Positions 36,192-44,796 of a stretch of 54,373 nt of DNA are shown in pieces; position 1 is the stretch's first letter; each line of letters opens with the position of its first letter. A model generated the notes under the pieces. That model made no database searches. It was not told the origin of the DNA and worked only from the letters and a program-made list of their open reading frames with translations. Origin of the DNA: Flavobacteriales bacterium (GTDB lineage Bacteria; Bacteroidota; Bacteroidia; Flavobacteriales_D; Sanyastnellaceae); assembly GCA_947463065.1 (NCBI GenBank), contig CANHSF010000001.1:1-54373 (forward strand), written 5' to 3'. Position numbers and translations under genes: made by a program.

Positions 36192-39100
36192 TCAATTGCC
36201 CATGCGGATAATCGCACGTTCGCCGGTTTCCATATCCAATACTTCTACAATCGCATTTGCCGCATAGCGCTTGTCCGAGAAGTAAATGGTTTCGTTCTGA
36301 TATACATTGGTAATGGGCTCAATGATTTGCTGACCCAACATGTTGTAGGCCGAAATGCGCAACTTGTGCGGCCCGTCAAAGAAAAAGCGCAATTCCACGC
36401 CATTTTCTGTCAAACGACCCATGACCTCTGCTGCCAAAGCGCTGCCGGTATTCTTCGCCTGAACAATTTTGATCTGTTTGGTGACCTGTGCTTCACAATC
36501 GTTGTTGCGGGCAATCAATGTAACATCGAATATGCCTTTCTGGTTGTACAAATGGGTCGAGTTGGCCTCGTTAACAGCAATCGTTGCATCGCCGTAGATC
36601 CATGAGTAATCGGTTGCTCCCTTGGAAGTGTTATAAAAACCAACTTCGACAGCTCCATTGATCAACTCAAACTCAGGTGAAATGGTCTCAAAGTCCGCAG
36701 TCAATTCATTCAAGACGGGCACTTGGAAATCGAAGGTTTGCTCACAACCAGCGGCATCGCGCACAAACAAGGTGTACTCGCCGTATGCCAATTGATCCAA
36801 TCGATCGCCTGTGGCACCGGTGCTCCATGTCAATGCATAGTGCCCTGATCCGCCCAAAACCTCAACAGCAATGCGTCCGTCTGTTTTGCCCATGCAAGAT
36901 ACAGGTTCAATGTTCGCCATGGCCTGCAATCCTTCGTTTTGCGCTACGACAAATGGAGCTTTGGTGGTTCCACACAAACCATTGTTGTGGATCACCGCAG
37001 TATAATTACCTGCTGCCAAGCCTTCAATGCGCTCCGACTTGTCTACCGTCTTGGTAGCTACCATCGACTGTGCCTCGCTGTTTAGCCATTCAATGGCAAT
37101 GCCCTCTTGGCGTCCGGCTTGAAACTCCACCTGGCCTTCGCTTTGACCAGGGCATCCTGCACCTGTAACTGCTGTAATGGCAGCCGAACCCACTCGCAAC
37201 TGGAAACGCAATTGTTCGGTACCAGCAACCAAATTCAATTCGATCGGCTCGTCCTCGTGCAATGGATAAAGGCTACCGTTGAGCACGTCCTCCAAAACAA
37301 GGCATGCTCCGCGAGCAAACGTACTCAAGTTGCGTGGTGTTACTGTATACGTACCCGATACACCTACCTCCACGCGCAAAGGAATAATCATATCCACGAC
37401 AGGTTGAGGTGCTGTGTAAACCGACAAATCATATCCATCGCCTGAGACAGCAGCAAAATAAGGCGCGCTTTCGATTGGACTGCGCAACTTGAACGCATCA
37501 AAAGCGCCATCAAATCGGTCCGTACTTTCAGCGTGATAGGTCAAGACCACCTCATCCGTAATGCTGCCGTTGCTCAATTGCAAGGTGAGGCTTTCGCCTG
37601 CCGATTCGGTGGAGCGGAATGTTCCATTCACATTGGCCTTAACGCCCTCGCGAGCAATCAATGAAGGAGCGGCTGCATTGGCCACCACGAAAAACGATTG
37701 AGAGCTTGGAATATAGCGTGAACCTCCGTTGCTCGCAATGCCATTAACATAAGACGCATAAAGTCCTGTAGCAGCATTGTAGACATAAACCGCATTGTTG
37801 ATGTTGATTTTTTGCCAATCTGCATCGTTCCAATCGATGGTGCATGGATATGGATTTGCTACGAGGTTCCACCCGTCGCTACCAGCATTTCCGCTATTGG
37901 TAAAGGTAACAGGCAGGGCTTGGTCACCGGATTGAATCGGTCCCGTAACGTCTACCGTCATTGTGCCCTGTGGCTGATACACAAAGTATCCGCGATTGGC
38001 CACAATAGGATTGGTAATATCGGTTGCGCCAATATATCCTGAATTGATGCCTCCTGGCAATGCTTCGTTGTAGTATTGTACGTTGTTGAACGAATAGGGA
38101 GGCGGAAAATCCGCACCGGGAAAACCGGTTGTCGCAATATCATCGTTCCAACTTTGGATCGTCTGATTTTGGACAGGCGAACAGAGATTGATCCACCCCA
38201 CATTGGTGGCTTGATGATACCTCTGAACCGTTACATCACCAATAACGGCGCCCGATGTGATGGTGCCGATCATCCCCGTTCCAGAGATGTCGGATATCAG
38301 CGTAAGTTTACCGTTGGTGGTCACATCGCCGGCAAGCATGGTCATATAACCGCGCAGATAAACGCCCGACAAGGACGAAGACATGGTAAGTCCCGTGCTA
38401 TTGTTTACGGTCAAATTATAGACATTCACCAAATTGGTTCCGCTCATAGCTTGAGCTACAGTGCCATCAAACACGATGGTGCTGGATTGGGCATTTAGAG
38501 TTCCATTGACAATCAAGTTGCCTTTCAAACTGATTTGACCCGAACCTGCATTCAGAATACCTGTTCCTTCAATCGTAAGATTTTTACATGTTAATGAGGG
38601 CCAATCATTGGTAACCGCAACGCCTGGACGAATCGTTATACTGCTTTGTTCGCAGAAGGGCGGAAGTGTTTGGGCTGGGCCAGCGGTTCCGGCTGACCAA
38701 ATCGCACCCGTGGCATTGCCCGAAACGATGGCATACCAAGATGTCTTTTGTTGGATCAAACGAACGATGGCTCCATCCGCCAAACTCACATTATTGACCT
38801 CGAAAAATGGTGCGCTATACGAACCGGTTAAGGCTGTTTCATCATCAATTCCGTCACCATCGGTATCAATCACCAAAGCCAACTGCTCCGGTACAAATCC
38901 CGTAATGCCCGTCATATCAAAACGCATCGTTACTGTGCCCGCATCGTTGATTTTGTTCACCTTCCATGAACGATTCAAGGTAGAAGTAAACAAACAGCTG
39001 CTTCCCGTGTAGGCGGTAAAAGCGCCAGTTCCATTGTTGTTTCCAAACAGAAGATAGTCACCATCATCCATGGACGAAGGAGAACGCACCTCAAGGATAT

Positions 39101-39989
39101 CATCAGGACTAACGCTATTGGAGGCGGTTACATTCAAACCCTGAGTCGCCAAATTGCGACCAATACCAAAAATGTCATTGTTATAGCCCGACTCGTTGTA
39201 GAATAAGAATGTCGACGCATTGGCTGCCAGACCGTACTTAACAGCCAAATAAGATTGAACCTGATTGCGCTCGGTAGAGGACAATACCCTGTTGTAGACA
39301 ATCACTTCGCTAATGAAGCCAGTAAATCCCGCAGTATTGCTACCGCGGCCAATTTGGCCAATACCGGTCTGAGCGATTATTGTGCCTCCAGTTCCAGTCA
39401 CCTGCAGATCGACGCCATTTTGTGTCATACCCACGCGCCGTGTTGCCGTTGAACTGTAATCTGCCCACATCGAAGTAGCAGGTTCATTGACGCCCGCATA
39501 GGTAGTGACCATGGCTCTGCTGTTGCCTGTTGGTAGAGACAAATTGATTTGGTTCCCTTGACGAAAACCCATAGCAAGATTGCTGTTTGAAGCAGCACCG
39601 GGGTTGATCCCAATGAAGTAGTTGAAAAAATTCGAATTAGCGCGCTGTGTAACAGCAATAATGGTGAATTCACCATTAGCGATAGATGACAGGTCCACAT
39701 CAAGATAACGTGATCCTCCGTTGGTGTAGATGGCTGGCAATCCATTGATCGCGCTGGCATGATACACCGGTTGCCTGCTCAAATTAGACATGGTCGCGTG
39801 TCGACCATTTCCACTTTGATCATTCCATGCAGATAAATTTGCTCCATTCGTTGTTGTAGAAGTTCCAGCATCGGCTTTGAGCCATACTTGCAGACCAGAA
39901 CTAACTCCTCCGGGTGATTGGGCAGCCATTAAGGCACAAATGGCCGTTGTGATTAAAACACTTACGAGCCTTTTAATCTCTTTTTTCAT
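36192..39989 (-). CDS. giant T9SS cargo/adhesin: LamG-like lectin, beta-helix-like repeats, SprB-type repeats, PKD domain and C-terminal sorting domain
   Basis: Start chosen at ATG 39987-39989 (MKKEIKRLVSVLITTAICALMAAQS). The LamG-like region ends FISEVIVYNRVLSSTERNQVQSYLAVKYGL. The PKD-like segment is VGFYNTSKGATDYSWIYGD...GIFDVTLIARN. The C-terminal beta-sandwich tail is LRISAYNMLGQQII...IIRMGN. Confidence 0.85.
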   Translation of the reverse strand: MKKEIKRLVSVLITTAICALMAAQSPGGVSSGLQVWLKADAGTSTTTNGANLSAWNDQSGNGRHATMSNLSRQPVYHASAINGLPAIYTNGGSRYLDVDLSSIANGEFTIIAVTQRANSNFFNYFIGINPGAASNSNLAMGFRQGNQINLSLPTGNSRAMVTTYAGVNEPATSMWADYSSTATRRVGMTQNGVDLQVTGTGGTIIAQTGIGQIGRGSNTAGFTGFISEVIVYNRVLSSTERNQVQSYLAVKYGLAANASTFLFYNESGYNNDIFGIGRNLATQGLNVTASNSVSPDDILEVRSPSSMDDGDYLLFGNNNGTGAFTAYTGSSCLFTSTLNRSWKVNKINDAGTVTMRFDMTGITGFVPEQLALVIDTDGDGIDDETALTGSYSAPFFEVNNVSLADGAIVRLIQQKTSWYAIVSGNATGAIWSAGTAGPAQTLPPFCEQSSITIRPGVAVTNDWPSLTCKNLTIEGTGILNAGSGQISLKGNLIVNGTLNAQSSTIVFDGTVAQAMSGTNLVNVYNLTVNNSTGLTMSSSLSGVYLRGYMTMLAGDVTTNGKLTLISDISGTGMIGTITSGAVIGDVTVQRYHQATNVGWINLCSPVQNQTIQSWNDDIATTGFPGADFPPPYSFNNVQYYNEALPGGINSGYIGATDITNPIVANRGYFVYQPQGTMTVDVTGPIQSGDQALPVTFTNSGNAGSDGWNLVANPYPCTIDWNDADWQKININNAVYVYNAATGLYASYVNGIASNGGSRYIPSSQSFFVVANAAAPSLIAREGVKANVNGTFRSTESAGESLTLQLSNGSITDEVVLTYHAESTDRFDGAFDAFKLRSPIESAPYFAAVSGDGYDLSVYTAPQPVVDMIIPLRVEVGVSGTYTVTPRNLSTFARGACLVLEDVLNGSLYPLHEDEPIELNLVAGTEQLRFQLRVGSAAITAVTGAGCPGQSEGQVEFQAGRQEGIAIEWLNSEAQSMVATKTVDKSERIEGLAAGNYTAVIHNNGLCGTTKAPFVVAQNEGLQAMANIEPVSCMGKTDGRIAVEVLGGSGHYALTWSTGATGDRLDQLAYGEYTLFVRDAAGCEQTFDFQVPVLNELTADFETISPEFELINGAVEVGFYNTSKGATDYSWIYGDATIAVNEANSTHLYNQKGIFDVTLIARNNDCEAQVTKQIKIVQAKNTGSALAAEVMGRLTENGVELRFFFDGPHKLRISAYNMLGQQIIEPITNVYQNETIYFSDKRYAANAIVEVLDMETGERAIIRMGN

Positions 39990-40591
39990 TGTTGAACGTG
40001 TTAGGTATTGGACAAAAAAAAACTTCGTCCAAGCAGCTTCTACGTCATCAATGCGCTCATGTTGCACAATTTCAATAGATTTTCAACAAAGGGCACCGCA
40101 TTGCGTTATCGTCAGCGGAGAATCGGTCCACCGACAAAAGCAAAATGCACCCCAACAAATGCCAGCATTGTTATTCAAAATCAAAAACACCGGAAGTTGA
40201 AAAAAATTGCGCCATCAGATTCAATTTCACTGGCCCATTGCACGGCTGAGGGTAAAAAGCAACAGGGCAACCACGAGGATTGCCCTGCCTAACCTAACTT
40301 TAAACAAACATCACCAGGGGTGACGTTTACCTTTCATATTGTATAGGACAGAAGTCCGAATTTGAGTGCCTAGGAAATCACCGGAATCGATGACATCTTA
40401 AGCGCAAATATAATAAAAAATCAGTTATTCATGAAGATTTTTTACGAATCTCACACAAGTCACTGATTATCAGCAAACAAAGATTGCCCCATGAGGTCTA
40501 CTAGCTATCCACGTGTGCCCTTCAGACCCTTGAAATCAACCCTTTGACACCCCTGGTCTCAAGCTCGCCTCTAAACTAGCGCCCAGAGAAT

Positions 40592-40599
40592 TACTTTTG
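40592..40599 (+). promoter_or_regulatory. candidate -7 promoter box (TACTTTTG) for recO
   Basis: Exact TAnnTTTG match 57 nt upstream of ATG 40657. Confidence 0.3.
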
Positions 40600-40656
40600 T
40601 ACCCATCAACCATCCATACCTCCATTGGATTCCAATCCACTAACATTACAAGGCAC

Positions 40657-41391
40657 ATGAGGGGCATTGCTACCGCAAGTCTCCAGGGAATCATCATTCG
40701 AACCATTCCCTACAAAGACCACATTCAAATCGTCAAGGTGTTTACCGAACATCACGGTTTGATGAGTTTTTCCGTGCGCCTGAGCAAATCCAAAACCGGC
40801 ATCCAACGCCACGTTTGCCAGGTCATGAATCTCGTGGAGATAGAAGCCAACATCAAGGAGGAAAGTGATTTACAAACAGCGCGCAACATGCGTCTAGCAA
40901 CGCCTTTGGCTACGATCCCCTTTGACCCGAGCAAAAGCGCAATGATACTCTACTTGGGAGAGCTGCTCTCCAAAACACTACCCGATCAGTACCACAATAA
41001 ACCCCTATTCAAGTTTTTATTCGATGCCGTTTTGCTGCTCGATGACTCCATGCATATCCAAAATTTTCACCTGTGGGCAACCTTGGAGGTCATTCGGCAT
41101 TACGGGTTTTATCCCACGCAACCCCAAATTGCACAACCAACAGTGTTCGATCTTTTGGAGAATGAATTCCGCCGCGATCGACCCTTGCATCCCTTTTTCT
41201 TAGAGAAGGAGGAGACCGCCTTGGTATTGGACCTGATCGATAAAGACTGGAGTGCCGCGCAATTCATTGCCGCCAACGGAACAGCCCGAAAAAACGTGCT
41301 CAACGGCCTATTGCAAATGGTCAATTTGCAACTCGAACTCAAAGTTTCCTACAAATCGCTGGACGTGTTGCATCAAGTTTTCCACGATTGA
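40657..41391 (+). CDS. recO: DNA repair protein RecO
   Basis: Start chosen at ATG 40657; the track's TTG at 40597 adds 20 unlikely residues. The N-terminal OB-fold is GIIIRTIPYKDHIQIVKVFTEHHGLMSFSVRL. Length of about 244 aa fits RecO. Confidence 0.8.
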   Translation: MRGIATASLQGIIIRTIPYKDHIQIVKVFTEHHGLMSFSVRLSKSKTGIQRHVCQVMNLVEIEANIKEESDLQTARNMRLATPLATIPFDPSKSAMILYLGELLSKTLPDQYHNKPLFKFLFDAVLLLDDSMHIQNFHLWATLEVIRHYGFYPTQPQIAQPTVFDLLENEFRRDRPLHPFFLEKEETALVLDLIDKDWSAAQFIAANGTARKNVLNGLLQMVNLQLELKVSYKSLDVLHQVFHD

Positions 41392-41423
41392 GCAATTCGC
41401 TTGTATTCAGCAGCACTCAAATT

Positions 41424-41431
41424 TACCTTTG
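41424..41431 (+). promoter_or_regulatory. candidate -7 promoter box (TACCTTTG) for holB
   Basis: Exact TAnnTTTG match 6 nt upstream of ATG 41438. Confidence 0.3.
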
Positions 41432-41437
41432 TCCTCC

Positions 41438-42568
41438 ATGCAGTTCCAAGACGTAATTGGCCAAGACGAAACAAAACACCGCCTCATCAAATCATTTGAA
41501 GAAGGCCGATTGGCTCATGCGCTGATGCTGTTGGGTCCAGCTGGCTCCGGTTGCCTGCCGCTCGCCTTGGCCTTTGTGCAATACATCGCATGCCCCAACA
41601 AAACCAGCGAAGATAGCTGCGGTCAATGCGCGACATGCCGCAAAGTGGATGCACTCAACTTCGCCGATCTGCACTTTAGTTTCCCCTATTTCAACAAATC
41701 CAGCAGCGCAGACATCAACATTTGTGCAGACTGGATGTCTGAATTCCGAACAGCCGTTCTCGAAGAACCCTACATGGACGTTGATCTTTGGAGGAGTCTA
41801 ATCACCAAAGACAACAAAACTTTGCAGATATCGGTGGATGAGGCAGGCGATATCGTGCGTCGACTGACCCTGCACAGCTATGAAGGCGGCTATAAGTTCC
41901 AAATCATTTGGATGGGCGAATACCTGCGCGTGGATACGGCCAACAAACTCCTGAAAATCATTGAGGAGCCGCCACCAAAAACCCTATTCATCATCATCGC
42001 TGCTGCTGCAGAGCAAATTTTGCCAACCATTATGAGTCGGGTGCAAGTGGTTCGGGTACCTCGCCTCTCCGACGAGACCATCCATCAGGCTTTGGTTCAA
42101 CAAGGTGTTGAAGAAGTCAAAGCCGGAGGCATAGCCCATTATGTATACGGCGACTGGCTCAAAGCCAATGCTTTGCTCATCAACGAAAACCCCGATGAGC
42201 AATACACGCTGCAGTTCCAAGATTGGATGCGCAAATGCTACAAAAAGGACGTTGTGGGCTTGATTCGCTGGGCAGATGGTATGAACGAGTTGAAGCGGGA
42301 TGACAAAAAGTACTTTTTGCAATACGCCATGGATCAGATTCGCCAAAACCTGATCCGCAACTACACCGGGGAAGATCTCACTCGACTCAATCCGATGGAA
42401 AAAGACTTCTCCGACAAATTTGCGCCCTTCATCAACGACCTCAACGCAGAGGACATGATCGATCGACTGCAATTGGCTTACCGCGATGTGGACCGCAACG
42501 TAAATACCAAAATCCTATTTACTGACCTGAGTTTCAAACTCCACTACCTGCTCACCATGAAGCCGTAA
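41438..42568 (+). CDS. holB: DNA polymerase III subunit delta-prime
   Basis: Start chosen at ATG 41438 (MQFQDVIGQDETKHRLIKSFEEGRLAHALMLLGPAGSG). The Zn-module-like CGQCATCRKV and the SRVQVVRVPRL sensor motif are present. Confidence 0.85.
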   Translation: MQFQDVIGQDETKHRLIKSFEEGRLAHALMLLGPAGSGCLPLALAFVQYIACPNKTSEDSCGQCATCRKVDALNFADLHFSFPYFNKSSSADINICADWMSEFRTAVLEEPYMDVDLWRSLITKDNKTLQISVDEAGDIVRRLTLHSYEGGYKFQIIWMGEYLRVDTANKLLKIIEEPPPKTLFIIIAAAAEQILPTIMSRVQVVRVPRLSDETIHQALVQQGVEEVKAGGIAHYVYGDWLKANALLINENPDEQYTLQFQDWMRKCYKKDVVGLIRWADGMNELKRDDKKYFLQYAMDQIRQNLIRNYTGEDLTRLNPMEKDFSDKFAPFINDLNAEDMIDRLQLAYRDVDRNVNTKILFTDLSFKLHYLLTMKP

Positions 42569-42644
42569 GTCCTGTTTTTCGGACTCACAACGCATCGTTT
42601 GAAATCCTTAAAAAAAATTTGCGCAACATTCCCATGTTTTGACG

Positions 42645-42652
42645 TACGTTTG
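42645..42652 (+). promoter_or_regulatory. candidate promoter: TTG (42619-42621), N23 spacer, TACGTTTG
   Basis: Exact -7 box with an upstream TTG at plausible spacing, 104 nt upstream of the PSP1 ATG. Confidence 0.35.
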
Positions 42653-42756
42653 GGTGATGCCTGAACGGAAGCTCCATTGGATTTCCGAAACAGGCATACA
42701 GTTTACTTCAACCCGACCCATCGGCGGGATTGAAACACTATATAGAGACGAAGAAA

Positions 42757-44133
42757 ATGGGATGTGGAAATTGTTCCAGCCATGGCGGAGGACTGCCCAA
42801 TGGCTGCAAAAATAACGGTGCCTGTGGCACATACGGTTGCAACAAATTAGAGGTTTTCGATTGGCTAAGTGGCATTGAACTGCCTGCTGGTCATAAGCCA
42901 TTCGATGTTGTAGAGGTCCGATTCAAAAACAACCGCAAGGGATTCTACCGCAATTCCTCAGCGCTCGACCTGCAAGTTGGAGACATTGTTGCTGTTGAGG
43001 TCTCTCCAGGTCACGACATCGGTGTGGTTAGTCTGGTGGGCGAACTGGTCAGGGTTCAAATGGCCCGAAAAGAGGTCAAGGACAACTACGAGGTCAAAAA
43101 AATCTTCAGAAAGGCCCGCCAAGAAGATATCGACAAATGGCAAGAGTGCCGTAAATCCGAACAAGATGTCATGATGCGTGCGCGCACCATTGCCCGTGCT
43201 CTCGGATTGGAAATGAAAATCAGCGATGTGGAGTACCAAGGCGACCGTACCAAGGCCACGTTTTATTATACCGCCGATGACCGCGTCGATTTTCGTGAAC
43301 TCATCAAGCGTTTTGCCGAAGATTTCCGAGTGCGCATCGAAATGCGCCAAATCGGATACCGCTACGAGGCAGCCCGTCTGGGTGGAATCGGTTCTTGCGG
43401 CCGAGAATTGTGCTGCTCATCGTGGTTGACCGACTATCGCGCTGTAAGTACCAGCGCCGCCCGTTACCAACAGCTCAGCTTGAACCCAGCCAAACTAGCG
43501 GGCCAATGTGGCAAACTCAAATGCTGCCTCAATTACGAACTCGACATGTACGTTGAGGCCATCAAAGATTTTCCGTCCGTCAATGTCAAACTCCGACTCC
43601 CAAAGGGTACTGCGGTGCACATGAAAACGGATATTTTCAAACGCGAAATGTTTTATGTCTACGAAGGCCAATACTCTGAAGCGCCCATCGTACTGAGCGT
43701 GGATGCCGTCAAAGAGATCATTCATCGCAACAAACAAGGAATCGAGGTCGCAGATGTGGAGGAGTTCATTGTTACTGAAGTGGTGGAGCCCAAAGAAAAT
43801 GATTTTGCACAAGTTGTTGGCCAAGATAGCTTGACGCGTTTTGATAAAAGCAAAAGGTCCAACAACAGAAATAAAAATCGCGGTTCGCGCGACAAACGCG
43901 GTCCTCGTGACCAAGCGCCGGCCAAAAAGGACGGACCGCGCCCACCAAAACCAGAGGGAAAACGAGACCAAGGCAATCGTCCGCCAAAACAAGAAAACAG
44001 ACCAAGTGGCGACCGCAACAATGCGCAAGCCGATAAGCCCCGGAACAACAAACCCAGCGGCAATCGACCTCCGCGCAAAGATCGCCCACCCCGCGACAAC
44101 AAACCGTCCAGCGACAATTCCAACAACGCATGA
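42757..44133 (+). CDS. PSP1 domain protein (RicT/YaaT-like) with long basic disordered C-terminal tail
   Basis: Start chosen at ATG 42757 (MGCGNCSSHGG...CGTYGCNKL). The PSP1 core is DIVAVEVSPGHDIGVVS...YQGDRTKATFYYTADDRVDFRELIK...GSCGRELCCSSWL...CGKLKCCLNYE. The last ~95 aa are R/K/P/N/D-rich. Confidence 0.9.
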   Translation: MGCGNCSSHGGGLPNGCKNNGACGTYGCNKLEVFDWLSGIELPAGHKPFDVVEVRFKNNRKGFYRNSSALDLQVGDIVAVEVSPGHDIGVVSLVGELVRVQMARKEVKDNYEVKKIFRKARQEDIDKWQECRKSEQDVMMRARTIARALGLEMKISDVEYQGDRTKATFYYTADDRVDFRELIKRFAEDFRVRIEMRQIGYRYEAARLGGIGSCGRELCCSSWLTDYRAVSTSAARYQQLSLNPAKLAGQCGKLKCCLNYELDMYVEAIKDFPSVNVKLRLPKGTAVHMKTDIFKREMFYVYEGQYSEAPIVLSVDAVKEIIHRNKQGIEVADVEEFIVTEVVEPKENDFAQVVGQDSLTRFDKSKRSNNRNKNRGSRDKRGPRDQAPAKKDGPRPPKPEGKRDQGNRPPKQENRPSGDRNNAQADKPRNNKPSGNRPPRKDRPPRDNKPSSDNSNNA

Positions 44134-44600
44134 TCACCAAACTTCAATTCGTCCTGGGCATGATGTGCTGCGTGTGCCTCGTCAGTTGCGATGATCAGGT
44201 CGTATTCGAGGAAAATAAAGCGATCGAAAATGGAAATTGGAAGAACACCGATAACGTGCATTTCCAATTCAACATAACCGATACGGTTTCATTTCACGAT
44301 TTTTTCATCAATGTCCGCAACGGCGAAGAGTACCCGTATTGCAACGTATATCTCTTCATGGAAATGGAGTTTCCAAATGCCAAACGAAGTATTGACACCA
44401 TCAATTGCTATCTAGCTGACCCCACCGGAAAGTGGCTAGGAACAGGCATTGGCAAATTGTACGACCAACGATTCAGAATTCGCAATCGAAAACAATTCCC
44501 ATTGGCTGGCCGATATACCGTCACCATTCGTCAGGGCATGCGCGCCCCTGAACTTGAAGGCATCTACGATGTAGGTTTCCGGATCTCCAAAAGCGAATAG
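44130..44600 (+). CDS. gldH: gliding motility lipoprotein GldH
   Basis: 156 aa with lipoprotein signal LGMMCCVCLVSC. Motifs characteristic of GldH are YPYCNVYLFMEMEFPN and LADPTGKWLGTGIGKLY. The start overlaps the PSP1 stop in an ATGA arrangement. Confidence 0.85.
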   Translation: MITKLQFVLGMMCCVCLVSCDDQVVFEENKAIENGNWKNTDNVHFQFNITDTVSFHDFFINVRNGEEYPYCNVYLFMEMEFPNAKRSIDTINCYLADPTGKWLGTGIGKLYDQRFRIRNRKQFPLAGRYTVTIRQGMRAPELEGIYDVGFRISKSE

Positions 44601-44627
44601 TCCGCGAAGCACTACATCCTAAAAACA

Positions 44628-44655
44628 CAAAAACCCGCCTAAGCGGGTTTTTTTA
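44628..44655. terminator. bidirectional rho-independent terminator (gldH / gcvP)
   Basis: Sequence is aaaaacccgc-ctaa-gcgggttttttt. The 8-bp stem spans 44631-44638 / 44643-44650 and is flanked by A and T runs. Confidence 0.85.
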
Positions 44656-44796
44656 TACGATGTATACTTTTGATTGCAACATTGAAAACAAACTTGACTG
44701 CGGCCGACCCTTGCGTTGGATCGCTGCACCAAGTGAATTGGAATCGGAACCTACGCGACAATTGTTCGCCGTCAGCCGAAGTAAAACCCTCTCGAA

